A DNA stretch of 64,000 bases. It comes from Spirochaetia bacterium (lineage in GTDB: Bacteria > Spirochaetota > Spirochaetia > SZUA-6 > Bin103). The translations under genes and the position numbers were made by a program. Shown piece by piece: positions 1 to 11,602 of the stretch (the stretch's first letter is position 1; every line of letters begins with the position of its first letter). The notes beneath the pieces were generated by a model that saw only the letters and a program-made list of their open reading frames with translations, was not told the DNA's origin and ran no database searches. Where the stretch lies: positions 800,001 through 864,000 of the forward strand of contig CBDAOI010000004.1 of NCBI GenBank assembly GCA_965198005.1. Direction: 5' to 3'.

Positions 1-103
1 CGCCAGCGCGGCCAGCTCGGACGGGTCTGAGCCGCCCGCCCCAGCCGTGGCGCCGGCCGCGGCCGATTCACCGGAGCGGCCCCGGCCGCCGATAAGCAAT
101 GCA

Positions 104-748
104 ATGCTGCGCGCGTCGTTGCTGGCCGTTGCCCTCCTGGCCGCCCCGGCCGTCCTGCTGCCGGCGGTCGACCCGCCGGTGCTTACCCTCAGCTACGAGA
201 ACGCCCGCGGCATCGAGCAGGATGACGAGCAGGAGCTGGCGCCTGCCTACGTACGCCACACCGTGGCGGCGAGCGCGCGCCAGGACCTGGGCGACCACGC
301 CCGCCTGGCGCTGCCGGTGCGGGTCACCTTCCGCACGGACCCGCAGGCCGCGCCGCCCGACGACAGCCGGTCGGTGAGCTTCCAGCCGCGCCTCGACCTG
401 GAGCTCACCGACCGGCTCGATCTGGGGACGGAGCTGATACTGCGCCACGGCGACGATCCGGCCCTCTGGACCGCCGGCGGGCGGCTGCAGTCACGCCTGC
501 GGCTCGGCGACTTCACCGTGGACGGCTGGCTGAAACCCCTGTACTACACCTACCCCGAGCAGCCCGAGCGCGACCGTCAGCTCTACACCGCCACCCTCGG
601 CGTGACCTACTCCCACCACGCGGTGCGCCTGAGCACCCGCTACCGCGGCACCGCGCGCTTCGCCCTCGGCGCAGCCAGCGCCGTGGACCCGCGCTTCTCC
701 CATCTGGTCAAGGTAACCCTGCGGCTCGACCTGGCCGAAGTCCCCTGA
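104..748 (+). CDS. Hypothetical secreted/outer-membrane protein
   Basis: ATG at 104 followed by signal-peptide-like MLRASLLAVALLAAPA; alternating hydrophobic beta-strand pattern; GC3-rich codons. Confidence 0.6.
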   Translation: MLRASLLAVALLAAPAVLLPAVDPPVLTLSYENARGIEQDDEQELAPAYVRHTVAASARQDLGDHARLALPVRVTFRTDPQAAPPDDSRSVSFQPRLDLELTDRLDLGTELILRHGDDPALWTAGGRLQSRLRLGDFTVDGWLKPLYYTYPEQPERDRQLYTATLGVTYSHHAVRLSTRYRGTARFALGAASAVDPRFSHLVKVTLRLDLAEVP

Positions 749-760
749 GCGGGGCGAACG

Positions 761-1129
761 TTACAGCGCGCAGATCAGTTCGAAATGACGATCGCAATGC
801 AAGAGCGGCGCCTTGTGGCGCCGGGCGCATGCCTCGACGATCAGGTCGGTGGCCGGGACGGTGGCTCCCTGCTCGCGGGCGGTAGCGGCGAGCTTAACCG
901 CTTGATTCCACACCACTTCGTCGATTGGCAATGACGGAACGCGGGTCTCCATCTCCCGGAGAACGGCCCGCTCGGGAGCGCCGCGCGCGCCGTTCCAGAG
1001 CTCAAGGCGAACGAGGGGACACCAAGCGGCATCTCCCGAGGACAGCTGGGCTTCCACTTGTCGTCGAACCGTCGCGTCGCCGCCACGTCTGAGTTGCTCG
1101 ATCCACGCCGACGTATCGATCAGCGTCAT
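761..1129 (-). CDS. vapC: PIN-domain toxin (VapC)
   Basis: LIDTSAWI N-terminus, ATDLIVEACA and LLHCDRHFE PIN motifs; 4-bp overlap with upstream antitoxin. Confidence 0.9.
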   Translation of the reverse strand: MTLIDTSAWIEQLRRGGDATVRRQVEAQLSSGDAAWCPLVRLELWNGARGAPERAVLREMETRVPSLPIDEVVWNQAVKLAATAREQGATVPATDLIVEACARRHKAPLLHCDRHFELICAL

Positions 1130-1344
1130 GTGACCTCGGTTTGTTCGCGGTCGAGTTCCGCTTCTTCGAGCGTCGCGTTGCTGTCGAAATCACAGGTGCC
1201 CGAGAACCGGATCAGTTGCGCCATGCGGTGTTTGCGGTTGAAGTTCCGTAACGCGGCTACTACAGCCTCACGTTTGGACTTGGCGTTGAGAAATTTCATG
1301 GCGTCCTGCAGTTCATTCTCGGGAATATCGATTGTGGTCTTCAT
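1126..1344 (-). CDS. vapB: VapB-family antitoxin
   Basis: 72 aa MKTTIDIPENELQDAM...SKREAVVAALR ribbon-helix-helix pattern directly upstream of PIN gene. Confidence 0.85.
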   Translation of the reverse strand: MKTTIDIPENELQDAMKFLNAKSKREAVVAALRNFNRKHRMAQLIRFSGTCDFDSNATLEEAELDREQTEVT

Positions 1345-1391
1345 GCACCCATCATAGCGACCGGCCACGGCGTTGGCGAATCGACGCCCGT

Positions 1392-1696
1392 CAACCCTCG
1401 ATCCGCGCCAGCGTTTCGGTGATCGGCGGCGTGCGCTACGGGTCGAGCCAGTCGCGCAGCACGAAGAAGCCGGCGACCACCTGCGATTCGATTCCGGAAT
1501 CCGGCGCCGCGTACTCGACGAGCAACTCGCCGTCGCGCCGGTAGAAGCGATGCGCCAAGGTCTCCGGATCGACATACGTACCGAGAACACGGTCGAGGAA
1601 GTTCATCAACTCGGCGTGGCGAATGGAAACCGGTGAGTCCTCGGCGGTGAGCAGTTCGCGCTCCAGGTCGATTGCTGCGGACACGCGGGTCGGCAT
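1392..1696 (-). pseudogene. Uma2-family endonuclease remnant
   Basis: Aligns to the Uma2 gene starting at 9798 but has two large in-frame deletions and a premature TAG at 1436-1438. Confidence 0.8.
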
Positions 1697-1725
1697 GCGG
1701 GCAGTATAGCGGATCGAGCCGGCGC

Positions 1726-4503
1726 TCAGTGCGCCTGCAGCCAGTCGCTGCCGGTGCCGACCTCGACCACCACCGGCACCCGCCCCAGGTCGAGGGCATC
1801 GCGCATGCCGCGCACGACGATGCCGCGGACCTGCTCCAGCTCGGCCGGCGGCAGCTCGAACACCAGCTCGTCGTGCACCTGCAGGATCATGCGCGCGCTC
1901 AGCCGGCAGCGGCGCAGCTCGCGGTCGACGTCGAGCATGGCGAGCTTGATCATGTCGGCGGCGCTGCCCTGGATCGGGGCGTTGATGGCGACCCGTTCCG
2001 CCGCCGTGCGCGCCGCGTGGTTGCGTGAGTTGATGTCGCGCAGGTAGCGGCGCCGGCCGCGCAGGGTCTCGACGTAACCGTGCTCACGGGCGCCCGCGAC
2101 GGTGTCGCTCATATACTGCTGGATTCGCGGGAACTGCGCGAAGTAGCGCTCGATGATGGCGCGCGCCTCGGCGCGGGCGATGTTGAGCCGCTGCGCGAGG
2201 CCGAAGGCGGACATGCCGTACATCAGCCCGAAGTTGATCATCTTCGCGTGGCGGCGCATGTCGGCGCTCACCTCGGACAGCGGCACGCCGAACACCCGGG
2301 CGGAGGTGGCGGCGTGGACGTCCACGTCGGCGGCGAATGCCTCCACCAGACCGGGGTCGTCGGTGATCGCCGCCATGATGCGCAGCTCGATCTGCGAGTA
2401 GTCGGCGGCGAGCAGCACCTGACCCTCGGCGGCCACGAAGGCGCGGCGGATCTCGCGTCCCTTGTCGCTGCGGATGGGAATGTTCTGCAGGTTGGGCCCC
2501 TCGGAGTTGAGCCGGCCGGTGGCCGCGACTAGCTGGTTGAAGGTGGTGTGGATGCGCCCGGTTTCCTCGACCATGGCGTCGGGCAGGGTGTCCACGTAGG
2601 TGGACTTCAGCTTCTGCACCGCGCGGTATTCGAGGATCCGCGGAATGATCGGATGGCGGTCGGCGAGCCGGGTAAGCTCCTGCTCGGTGGTCATGTACTG
2701 GCCGGTCCGGGTGCGTTTCGGCGTGTCGCTGATCCTGAGCTGATCGAACAATAGCTCGCCGAGCTGCTTGGGCGAGTTGAGATTGAACGGACCCCCGGCA
2801 AGCCGGTACAGCTCGCTCTCGTGCCCGGCGATCTCCTGCTCCAACTCCACCGAGTATTCGCGCAGCGCGTCCACGCGGACGCGGACCCCGGCGTGCTCCA
2901 TCTCGACCAGCAGCGGCATCAGGGGGACCTCGATCCGTTCCCACAGGTCGCGCTCCTCGCAGCGGTCGATCTCCTGCAGCAGGACGGCCAGGAGGCCGGC
3001 GGTCAGATCGGCGCGTTCGCCTGCGTAGGTGGCCAGCTTCGCCGGCGGCAGACCACCGTCGGCCAGCGCTGCGGCGCTGAAGTCGCCCCGCTTCAGGAGG
3101 TCGGCGGCGACCTCGTCGAGTGCCAGCAACTGGTAACCGAGGTAGTGCTCGCACAGCAGCGCCAGATCGTGCGCGCCCTCGGACTCCACCAGTTGGTGGG
3201 CCAGGCGGGTGTCCAGCAGCCGGCCCGCCACGGTGACGCCGTGCCAGCGCAGCGCGGTGACCCAGCGCTTCAGATCGTGCCCGACCTTGGTGATGGCCGG
3301 GTGCTCCCAGAACGGCGCCAGCTCGGCCAGCACCGCCGCCGCGGCCGTGCGCTCCTCCGGCAGCGGCAGGTAAAGTGCCGCTCCCTCCCGCCAGGAAAAG
3401 GCCACGCCCGCCAGCGGACACGACTTGGCAGCGCCGCGGCCGGCCACGACGAACAGGCTCACCGATTCCTGCCGCAGCAAGGCAACGCACAACTGGGCGC
3501 GGGCGGCGGCGCCCTCCGCCAGGACGTAGTCGTGCGCGTGGTCCGTCAGGGAACGCAACGCGGTCGCGCCCGCGGCGCCCGCTCCCGGAGTCGCCGCCGC
3601 GGCAGCCGCGCCCTCGCCGAAGACGCGCTTGATCAGCGCGTTGAACTCGAACTCCTGGAACAGCGGTATGACGCGCTCGGGGTCGAAGGCGGGAGTAGCG
3701 AGGCGGTCGGGGTCGACCTCCAGCTCCAGCTCGCGGTCGATGGTGGCGAGCCGTTTCGACAGCAGCGCCTGCGCGGCGAAGGTCTCGATCTTTTCGCGCT
3801 GCTTGCCCGTGAGCTGCTCGGTGGCGTCCACCAGCGCCTCGACCGACCCGAAGCGGGCGATCAGCTTCTGGGCGGTCTTCTCGCCCACGCCCGGCACGCC
3901 GGGGATGTTGTCCACGCTGTCGCCGGCCAGCCCGATCAGGTCCACCACCTGCTCCGGACGCGCCACCCCGAACCGCTCGCAGACGCCGGCCACGTCGAGG
4001 ATCTGCGGCGGGTCGCCGCCCCTGCGCGGCAGCCGGTAGAGGAAGGTGTGCTCGCTCACGAGTTGCGCGAAGTCCTTGTCCAGGGTCACCATGTAGGTGT
4101 CGAAGCCGGCCGCCTCGGCGCGCCGCGCGATGGTGCCGATCACGTCGTCCGCCTCGACGCCCTCGTGGCTGATGATCGAAATGCCCATCGCCTCGGTCAC
4201 CCGGTGCACGTGCGGCAGGGAGTCGCGCACTCCCTCGGGCGTCTTCTGGCGCGTCCCCTTGTACTCGGCGTAGGCGTCCGTACGCCAGGTCGGCCCGGGC
4301 GCGTCGAACACCACGGCGACGTGGGTGGGCTCCTCGTCGGCCAGGATCTGCAGCAGCGAGGTGGTGTAGCCGAACACCGCCGACGAGTTGAAGCCGTCGG
4401 CAGTGATCAGCGGGTTGTTGAGGAAGACGAAGTACGCGCGGTAGACCAGCGGCATGCCGTCGATCAGGTACAGGCGCTTGTCTCGGCCCGGCCGCGCTGC
4501 CAT
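1726..4503 (-). CDS. polA: DNA polymerase I
   Basis: LIDG 5'-3' exonuclease start, ADYSQIELR motif A, AKMINFGLMYG motif B, LQVHDELVFE motif C. Confidence 0.98.
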   Translation of the reverse strand: MAARPGRDKRLYLIDGMPLVYRAYFVFLNNPLITADGFNSSAVFGYTTSLLQILADEEPTHVAVVFDAPGPTWRTDAYAEYKGTRQKTPEGVRDSLPHVHRVTEAMGISIISHEGVEADDVIGTIARRAEAAGFDTYMVTLDKDFAQLVSEHTFLYRLPRRGGDPPQILDVAGVCERFGVARPEQVVDLIGLAGDSVDNIPGVPGVGEKTAQKLIARFGSVEALVDATEQLTGKQREKIETFAAQALLSKRLATIDRELELEVDPDRLATPAFDPERVIPLFQEFEFNALIKRVFGEGAAAAAATPGAGAAGATALRSLTDHAHDYVLAEGAAARAQLCVALLRQESVSLFVVAGRGAAKSCPLAGVAFSWREGAALYLPLPEERTAAAAVLAELAPFWEHPAITKVGHDLKRWVTALRWHGVTVAGRLLDTRLAHQLVESEGAHDLALLCEHYLGYQLLALDEVAADLLKRGDFSAAALADGGLPPAKLATYAGERADLTAGLLAVLLQEIDRCEERDLWERIEVPLMPLLVEMEHAGVRVRVDALREYSVELEQEIAGHESELYRLAGGPFNLNSPKQLGELLFDQLRISDTPKRTRTGQYMTTEQELTRLADRHPIIPRILEYRAVQKLKSTYVDTLPDAMVEETGRIHTTFNQLVAATGRLNSEGPNLQNIPIRSDKGREIRRAFVAAEGQVLLAADYSQIELRIMAAITDDPGLVEAFAADVDVHAATSARVFGVPLSEVSADMRRHAKMINFGLMYGMSAFGLAQRLNIARAEARAIIERYFAQFPRIQQYMSDTVAGAREHGYVETLRGRRRYLRDINSRNHAARTAAERVAINAPIQGSAADMIKLAMLDVDRELRRCRLSARMILQVHDELVFELPPAELEQVRGIVVRGMRDALDLGRVPVVVEVGTGSDWLQAH

Positions 4504-4515
4504 CCCCGGCTACCC

Positions 4516-5004
4516 CTACCCCGGCCGCGCCTGCTGCGCCTGCTGCGCCGCGAGCAGGTTGCGGAGCTGGAAACTGTGCCGGATCGGGTGCATCACGGCG
4601 TGCTCCAGCATCGCCTCGACGGTGGTGGCGGTGTGCGCCCGCGGAACCGGCTTGCGAAACGCCTCCGGCGGCACGTCCCGCAGCGGCGTGCGCCAGCGCG
4701 CCAGCAGGTGACTCAGGTAGCCGGCCGCCTGATCGGGAGCGCGCTCAGCCGGCGGCGGCGGGTCGATGCCGGGATCGGGCAACCCCAACTGCGTGCAGAT
4801 CCACTGCAGGTAGCCGCGCGCGCACCGCAGCACGTGGTGCAGCAGCACTTCCAGCGAGGCATAGTTCGGGTCCTCGGTGTCGGGAAGCTGCACCTGTGCG
4901 CTGCGCGCCTCGCACCACGTGGCCCAGAACTCCCACAAATGGCGCTCGTGCAGCCGCACCAGCGCCCGCGCGCCGCCGTAGCGATACGCTGCTACCATTC
5001 GCAT
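4516..5004 (-). CDS. DinB/YfiT-like hypothetical protein
   Basis: Helical protein with LLHHV and MLEHAVMHPIRH His motifs; sits in the leuS-polA run. Confidence 0.6.
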   Translation of the reverse strand: MRMVAAYRYGGARALVRLHERHLWEFWATWCEARSAQVQLPDTEDPNYASLEVLLHHVLRCARGYLQWICTQLGLPDPGIDPPPPAERAPDQAAGYLSHLLARWRTPLRDVPPEAFRKPVPRAHTATTVEAMLEHAVMHPIRHSFQLRNLLAAQQAQQARPG

Positions 5005-5032
5005 GCTCCGCCCGCTGCCACCGTCTCCGGCG

Positions 5033-7540
<2,508 letters not shown>

Positions 7541-7568
7541 GTGCGTGCCACCTTAGCATAAATTCGCC

Positions 7569-7678
7569 TGGTCCATGCGGTCCATGCGGGCGTTCAGGGT
7601 AGCCTGCGTGGCGCGGTGCGCGCCCAGCAACGCGAAGCCGAACGTCAGAATCGCGGCCAACAGCGTCACCCCGACGCC
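7569..7678 (-). pseudogene. Fragment of the small TM/heptad-repeat protein encoded at 20479-20862
   Basis: [26 protein letters not shown] near-identical in DNA to 20506-20610. Confidence 0.75.
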
Positions 7679-7684
7679 ATAGGG

Positions 7685-7816
7685 GCGTTCGACGTGCGCG
7701 AGATCGTTGCGCGGGTGGTGGACGGCAGCCGCTTGCACGAGTTCAAGCCCGCCTACGGGGCGACGCTGGTGTGCGGCTTCGCGCGCATTTTCGGCTACCC
7801 GGTCGGCATCGTGGCC
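7685..7816 (+). pseudogene. Acyl-CoA carboxylase beta (carboxyltransferase) internal fragment
   Basis: [43 protein letters not shown], typical of methylcrotonyl-CoA carboxylase beta. Confidence 0.75.
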
Positions 7817-7844
7817 AGGGCCGGGGGCACGAGCGGGAGGTGGC

Positions 7845-8254
7845 TACCGCATTGCCGGCTCAAGCTCAAACCAGCGTGCTCCCGTTCGATCATCAGCATG
7901 CGCTCGGCCCGGCTCAGCTCCCGAGCCCTCGTGACAAAAAATCGCGCTCCACCGTCAGCTCCCCGATCTTGGCATGCAAGTCATGTATGGTCGCGTCGTG
8001 GTCCTTCTGCCGGCGGTTGGACGCGCCGGCGAACAATTCCTCCAGACCGGCCTGCGCCTGCCGCTTCCAGCCGCTCACCTGATTCGGATGAACCTCGTGC
8101 TTGGCCGCGATCGCCTGGATCGTGCGGTCACCGCGGAGCGCTTCCATCGCCACCTTGGCTTTGAACTGAGCTGTGAATCGACGTCGTTTCGTCGCCATTC
8201 CCGTTGGCCCTCCTCATGGCCTGGAATACACCTTATCATGCAGTCCATTTTTCC
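7845..8254 (-). mobile_element. IS3-family remnant (OrfA intact 7914-8198, OrfB truncated)
   Basis: [18 protein letters not shown]...[10 protein letters not shown]...[12 protein letters not shown] OrfA; T-run slippery site; OrfB start LSLSRQC then cut off. Confidence 0.85.
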
Positions 8255-8277
8255 GGGATATGGGACAGTCCCAACCC

Positions 8278-8460
8278 ATGCCCGGCGGCAAGAAAGGGGC
8301 CGGTATCCTGAGAGCCAAACCGAACCTCCACTGGCGCAAGGACCGAGGCAAGGAGCCGTTTCGGGACGAGGAACAGTTCCCGTGGTTCTGGAACGCCGGC
8401 GAATTCACCGGAGACCGTGTCAACGACGTACATCTGACGCCCGCCCACAAGCGGCGCACC
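8278..8460 (+). pseudogene. C-terminal remnant of BREX-associated (PglX-like) DNA methyltransferase
   Basis: GILRAKPNLHWRKDRGKEP...PWFW...GDRVNDVHLT resembles C-termini of methylases found with PglZ type B; lies upstream of pglZ on the same strand. Confidence 0.6.
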
Positions 8461-8470
8461 GCGCCACGCT

Positions 8471-8611
8471 TTGATGCATGGAAACGGAGACCGAGGACGA
8501 GACATCCACGTAATCTGTTCACCCAAGAGCGATTATCTCGCCATCATCACCGCCTACCTTCCTTCCGCGGATGAGTGGGAACCGGACTCGCACACGAGGA
8601 GAACGAAATGA
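8471..8611 (+). pseudogene. DUF4258-type toxin 3' fragment
   Basis: GRDIHVICSPKSDYLAIITAYLPSADEW; stop overlaps the ATG of the YgiT-type gene. Confidence 0.7.
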
Positions 8612-8841
8612 ACTGCATTCACTGTTGCGGAGCGATGGATCGCTCTACTGCCCCCTTTCACATCGATCGCAACGGCTATCACTTAGCCCTGGACAGCGTA
8701 CCGGCGTGGGTCTGCGGCCAATGCGGAGAGCCGTATTTCGAGGAACGCGAGGTTGACGCCCTCCAAGCGGCGATTCGCAGTCTCGACAAACAGGCTCGCC
8801 AGCTTGTGGCAGATGTCACGCCGCGAGGTGCTCAACGATGA
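8608..8841 (+). CDS. YgiT/MqsA-type zinc-finger antitoxin
   Basis: MNCIHC...VPAWVCGQCGEPYF; GAGGAG RBS. Confidence 0.85.
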   Translation: MNCIHCCGAMDRSTAPFHIDRNGYHLALDSVPAWVCGQCGEPYFEEREVDALQAAIRSLDKQARQLVADVTPRGAQR

Positions 8842-8864
8842 GGAGTCACCGAACCGCGCCGAAG

Positions 8865-9037
8865 CTGCTCAGCCAACTGTTGGCGAAGTGCTCGGTTCCT
8901 GACGAGCCCTGGCTCGTCACCGATCGCACGCACATCATGGACAAGCGCGGTGAGGGCGTGCCGGTAATCCTGGACAACAGCACGCGTCTGTCCGGGAGGG
9001 AGCCCGACTACCGGCTCCTCGACGACGCAGAGCTGCG
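8865..9037 (+). pseudogene. C-terminal fragment of ATP-binding (HATPase_c_4/RecG-C-like) protein
   Basis: MDKRGEGVPVIL...RLSGREPDYRLLDDAELR motif. Confidence 0.55.
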
Positions 9038-9798
9038 CAGCCGGTGAGCGCACTGATCGCACGTGGCTGAAACCCCGTTCCAGTCCCTTTCGGCGGACGA
9101 CAGACGCTACGCCCTGAGCGCTTCCGGCACGGCAGGCTCATTCGCGGCCATTTCCGCCAAAGGTCCAGCCGTCGCGACAGCGCTTCCGCGGCTTCGATCC
9201 GGGCGATCGATTCCAGGATGGAGGGCGTGTGCTCGGGGTCCAGCCACTCCCGTAGCACGAAGAATCCCGGCACCACACGAGACTCGATCCTGGCCGCTCC
9301 CACGGCGTACTCCACCAGCAGCTCGCCGTCGCGGCGGTAGAAGCGATGGGCCAGCGTCTCGGGATCCAACACCCAGTACTCGGTCACGCCGTGCTGCTCG
9401 TACTCGGCGAACTTGACCCCCACGTCGCGGTCCGCGGTTCTCGGGCTCAACGCCTCGACCACCAGGTCGGGCGCGCCTTCGACGTGATTGTCGTGGATCC
9501 GATCCTCGCGGCCCGCACGATAGAACGCCAGATCCGGCTGAAACACGTTCCGTGAGCTGAGTCGGACCGCGACCTCCTCCTGGAACAAGCGTCCGAGCCG
9601 ATGCTCGTGAACATAGGTGCCGAGGAGGCGATCGAGAAAGTTGAGCAACTCCGCATGGCGGATGGACACGGGCGAGTGCATGAAGATCTCTCCATCGATC
9701 AGGTCGGCCGTGTGCTCCGTATCGAGCCACTCGAGGAAATCCTCGGCAGTGAGCAGGACGCGCTCCAGATCCGCCCCGGCTGACAGGTGGGTCGGCAT
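8935..9798 (-). CDS. Uma2-family (PD-(D/E)XK) endonuclease; native domain ends near 9190, then read-through tail
   Basis: LIDGEIFMHSP, FQPDLAF, GAPDLVVEALSP, GVTEYWVLDP. Confidence 0.85.
   Translation of the reverse strand: MPTHLSAGADLERVLLTAEDFLEWLDTEHTADLIDGEIFMHSPVSIRHAELLNFLDRLLGTYVHEHRLGRLFQEEVAVRLSSRNVFQPDLAFYRAGREDRIHDNHVEGAPDLVVEALSPRTADRDVGVKFAEYEQHGVTEYWVLDPETLAHRFYRRDGELLVEYAVGAARIESRVVPGFFVLREWLDPEHTPSILESIARIEAAEALSRRLDLWRKWPRMSLPCRKRSGRSVCRPPKGTGTGFQPRAISALTGCAALRRRGAGSRAPSRTDACCCPGLPARPHRACP
9037..9118 (+). repeat. 82-bp direct copy of the AbiEi/AbiEii junction (10521-10602)
   Basis: gcagccggtgagcgcactgatcgcacgtggctgaaacccc...ctacgccctgag identical at both sites. Confidence 0.9.
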
Positions 9799-9957
9799 TG
9801 TCACGGCAGTATAGATCGGCGCCGGGAGCTGGGGAAGGTCCATGGACTTGGCCGAGGCCGATCTCCGGGGGGATGGGTCATGTGCGGGTGATGCTTCCCG
9901 TTGTCGGGTGTCGGTAAATGGACTAAGTTTCTGACGAAGCGAAGAGCGAATCCTACC

Positions 9958-10554
9958 ATGCAGAGCCTGTCGAACCGCATTCTGCAGCACGCGGCAGCCT
10001 TACCCGAGGCGGCGCCGCTGTGCCCGGGCGCCCTGCTTCACCTGGGGAGCCGGACCGCCGTCGACCAGGCGCTGTCCCGACTCGCCCGCTCCGGCGAGCT
10101 CCTGCGCATCTGTCGGGGCGTCTACCTGCGCCCCATCGAAACCCGGTTCGGCCTCTGTGCGCCGTCCATCGAGAAAGTGATGGGGGCGCTTGCGACGCTC
10201 TGGGGCGAGACCATTGTCCCATCCGGCGGCGCCGCAGCCAACTTCCTCGGGCTTACCACTCAGATTCCGATTCGGCCGGTCTATCTGACCTCCGGTCCGA
10301 ATCGCCGCTTGCACCTGTACGCCCTGGTTGTGCGCCTGCGCCACGCGCCGCGCTGGCAACTGGTGGCACCGCACCGCCGGTCCGGCGAGGTGGTCCGGGC
10401 GCTGGCCTGGCTCGGCCCGGGCGAGGTCGAGGACAGCCTCGCGCAAGCGGCAGCGCGGCTGTCGAGCGAAGACTTGGCGGAGCTGGCAGCGGCGCGCGCG
10501 ACGATGCCGGCATGGATGGCGCAGCCGGTGAGCGCACTGATCGCACGTGGCTGA
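9958..10554 (+). CDS. Type IV TA antitoxin (AbiEi/DUF6088)
   Basis: LGSRTAVDQALSRL...RGVY, SGGAAANFLGLTTQIP; overlaps AbiEii start. Confidence 0.85.
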   Translation: MQSLSNRILQHAAALPEAAPLCPGALLHLGSRTAVDQALSRLARSGELLRICRGVYLRPIETRFGLCAPSIEKVMGALATLWGETIVPSGGAAANFLGLTTQIPIRPVYLTSGPNRRLHLYALVVRLRHAPRWQLVAPHRRSGEVVRALAWLGPGEVEDSLAQAAARLSSEDLAELAAARATMPAWMAQPVSALIARG

Positions 10555-11602
10555 AACCCCGTTCCAGTCCCTTTCGGCGGACGACAGACGCTACGCCCTG
10601 AGATCTGCCGAAGGTTTGAGCGGACGCCCCGCTCACCTCCTCGAAAAGGACCTCTGGATCGTGCAGGTGTTGCACGCGCTGTACGCCGCGCCGTTCGGAC
10701 GGGAGTTGGTGTTCAAGGGCGGCACCTCGCTGGCGAAGGCTTACGCTGCGGTCCGCCGATTCTCGGAGGATGTCGATATCACCCGTGACATCCGCGCCAT
10801 GGCGCCGGATCTGGTGGCCGGCGCCGGCGCGGATGCGCTTCCTTCCACGCGCAGCCAGGAACGGCGCTGGACGCGGACGATCCGCGAGCGGCTGGCGGTA
10901 TGGGTTCGGGAGCAGGTCCAGCCGGAGCTCGAACGGCGCCTCGCAGGCGCCGGCCCCAAGGCTGCGGTGAGTGCCGACGGGGAGAGTCTTCTGGTCGCCT
11001 ACGACCCGTTGTTCGACCACTACGGCTTCGTGCAGCCGGTGGTCATGGTGGAATTCGGCGCCCGCTCGACCGGCGAGCCCCATGAACTGCGCCCGGTGGT
11101 ATGCGATGCGGCAGCCTCCCTGCCGGATCTGGCGTTCCCGACCGCGAGTCCCCTCGTCATGCTGGCGGAGCGCACCTTCTGGGAGAAGGCGACGGCCATG
11201 CACGTGTTCTGCCGGCAGCAGCGGCGCCGGGGCCAGCGCCTGTCCCGGCACTGGCACGATCTGGTGCGCCTGGACGACGCCGGCATCGCGGCCAGGGCTC
11301 TGGCCGACCGCGCGCTCGCACGCGCAGTCGCACGGCACAAGGCGATGTTCTTCGCGGAGACGGACGCTGCCGGGAACCGGATTGACTACGGGGCGGCGGT
11401 CTCCGGCGGGCTGCAACTGGTCCCTGAAGGCGCCGCGCGCGAAGAACTGGCGGACGACTACGCCAGAATGCTCAGCGCCGGCATGCTGCTCGACGATGAC
11501 GAGTCGTTCGCAGTGATCATCACGCGCTGCTCCGAACTGCAGATCAGGGCCAACCGTCTTGCTGCCGATGGCGGAAGCCGTCCCCACTGCTGCCATGGCT
11601 GA
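10547..11602 (+). CDS. Nucleotidyltransferase toxin AbiEii/AbiGii
   Basis: LLEKDLW, VFKGGTSLAK, RFSEDVD, ERTFWEK, SRHWHDL. Confidence 0.92.
   Translation: MAETPFQSLSADDRRYALRSAEGLSGRPAHLLEKDLWIVQVLHALYAAPFGRELVFKGGTSLAKAYAAVRRFSEDVDITRDIRAMAPDLVAGAGADALPSTRSQERRWTRTIRERLAVWVREQVQPELERRLAGAGPKAAVSADGESLLVAYDPLFDHYGFVQPVVMVEFGARSTGEPHELRPVVCDAAASLPDLAFPTASPLVMLAERTFWEKATAMHVFCRQQRRRGQRLSRHWHDLVRLDDAGIAARALADRALARAVARHKAMFFAETDAAGNRIDYGAAVSGGLQLVPEGAAREELADDYARMLSAGMLLDDDESFAVIITRCSELQIRANRLAADGGSRPHCCHG

Noticed and set aside
9037-10602. 82-bp repeat pair as DGR template/variable repeat
   Set aside because: Copies are identical with no adenine-specific mismatches, and there is no reverse transcriptase in the window
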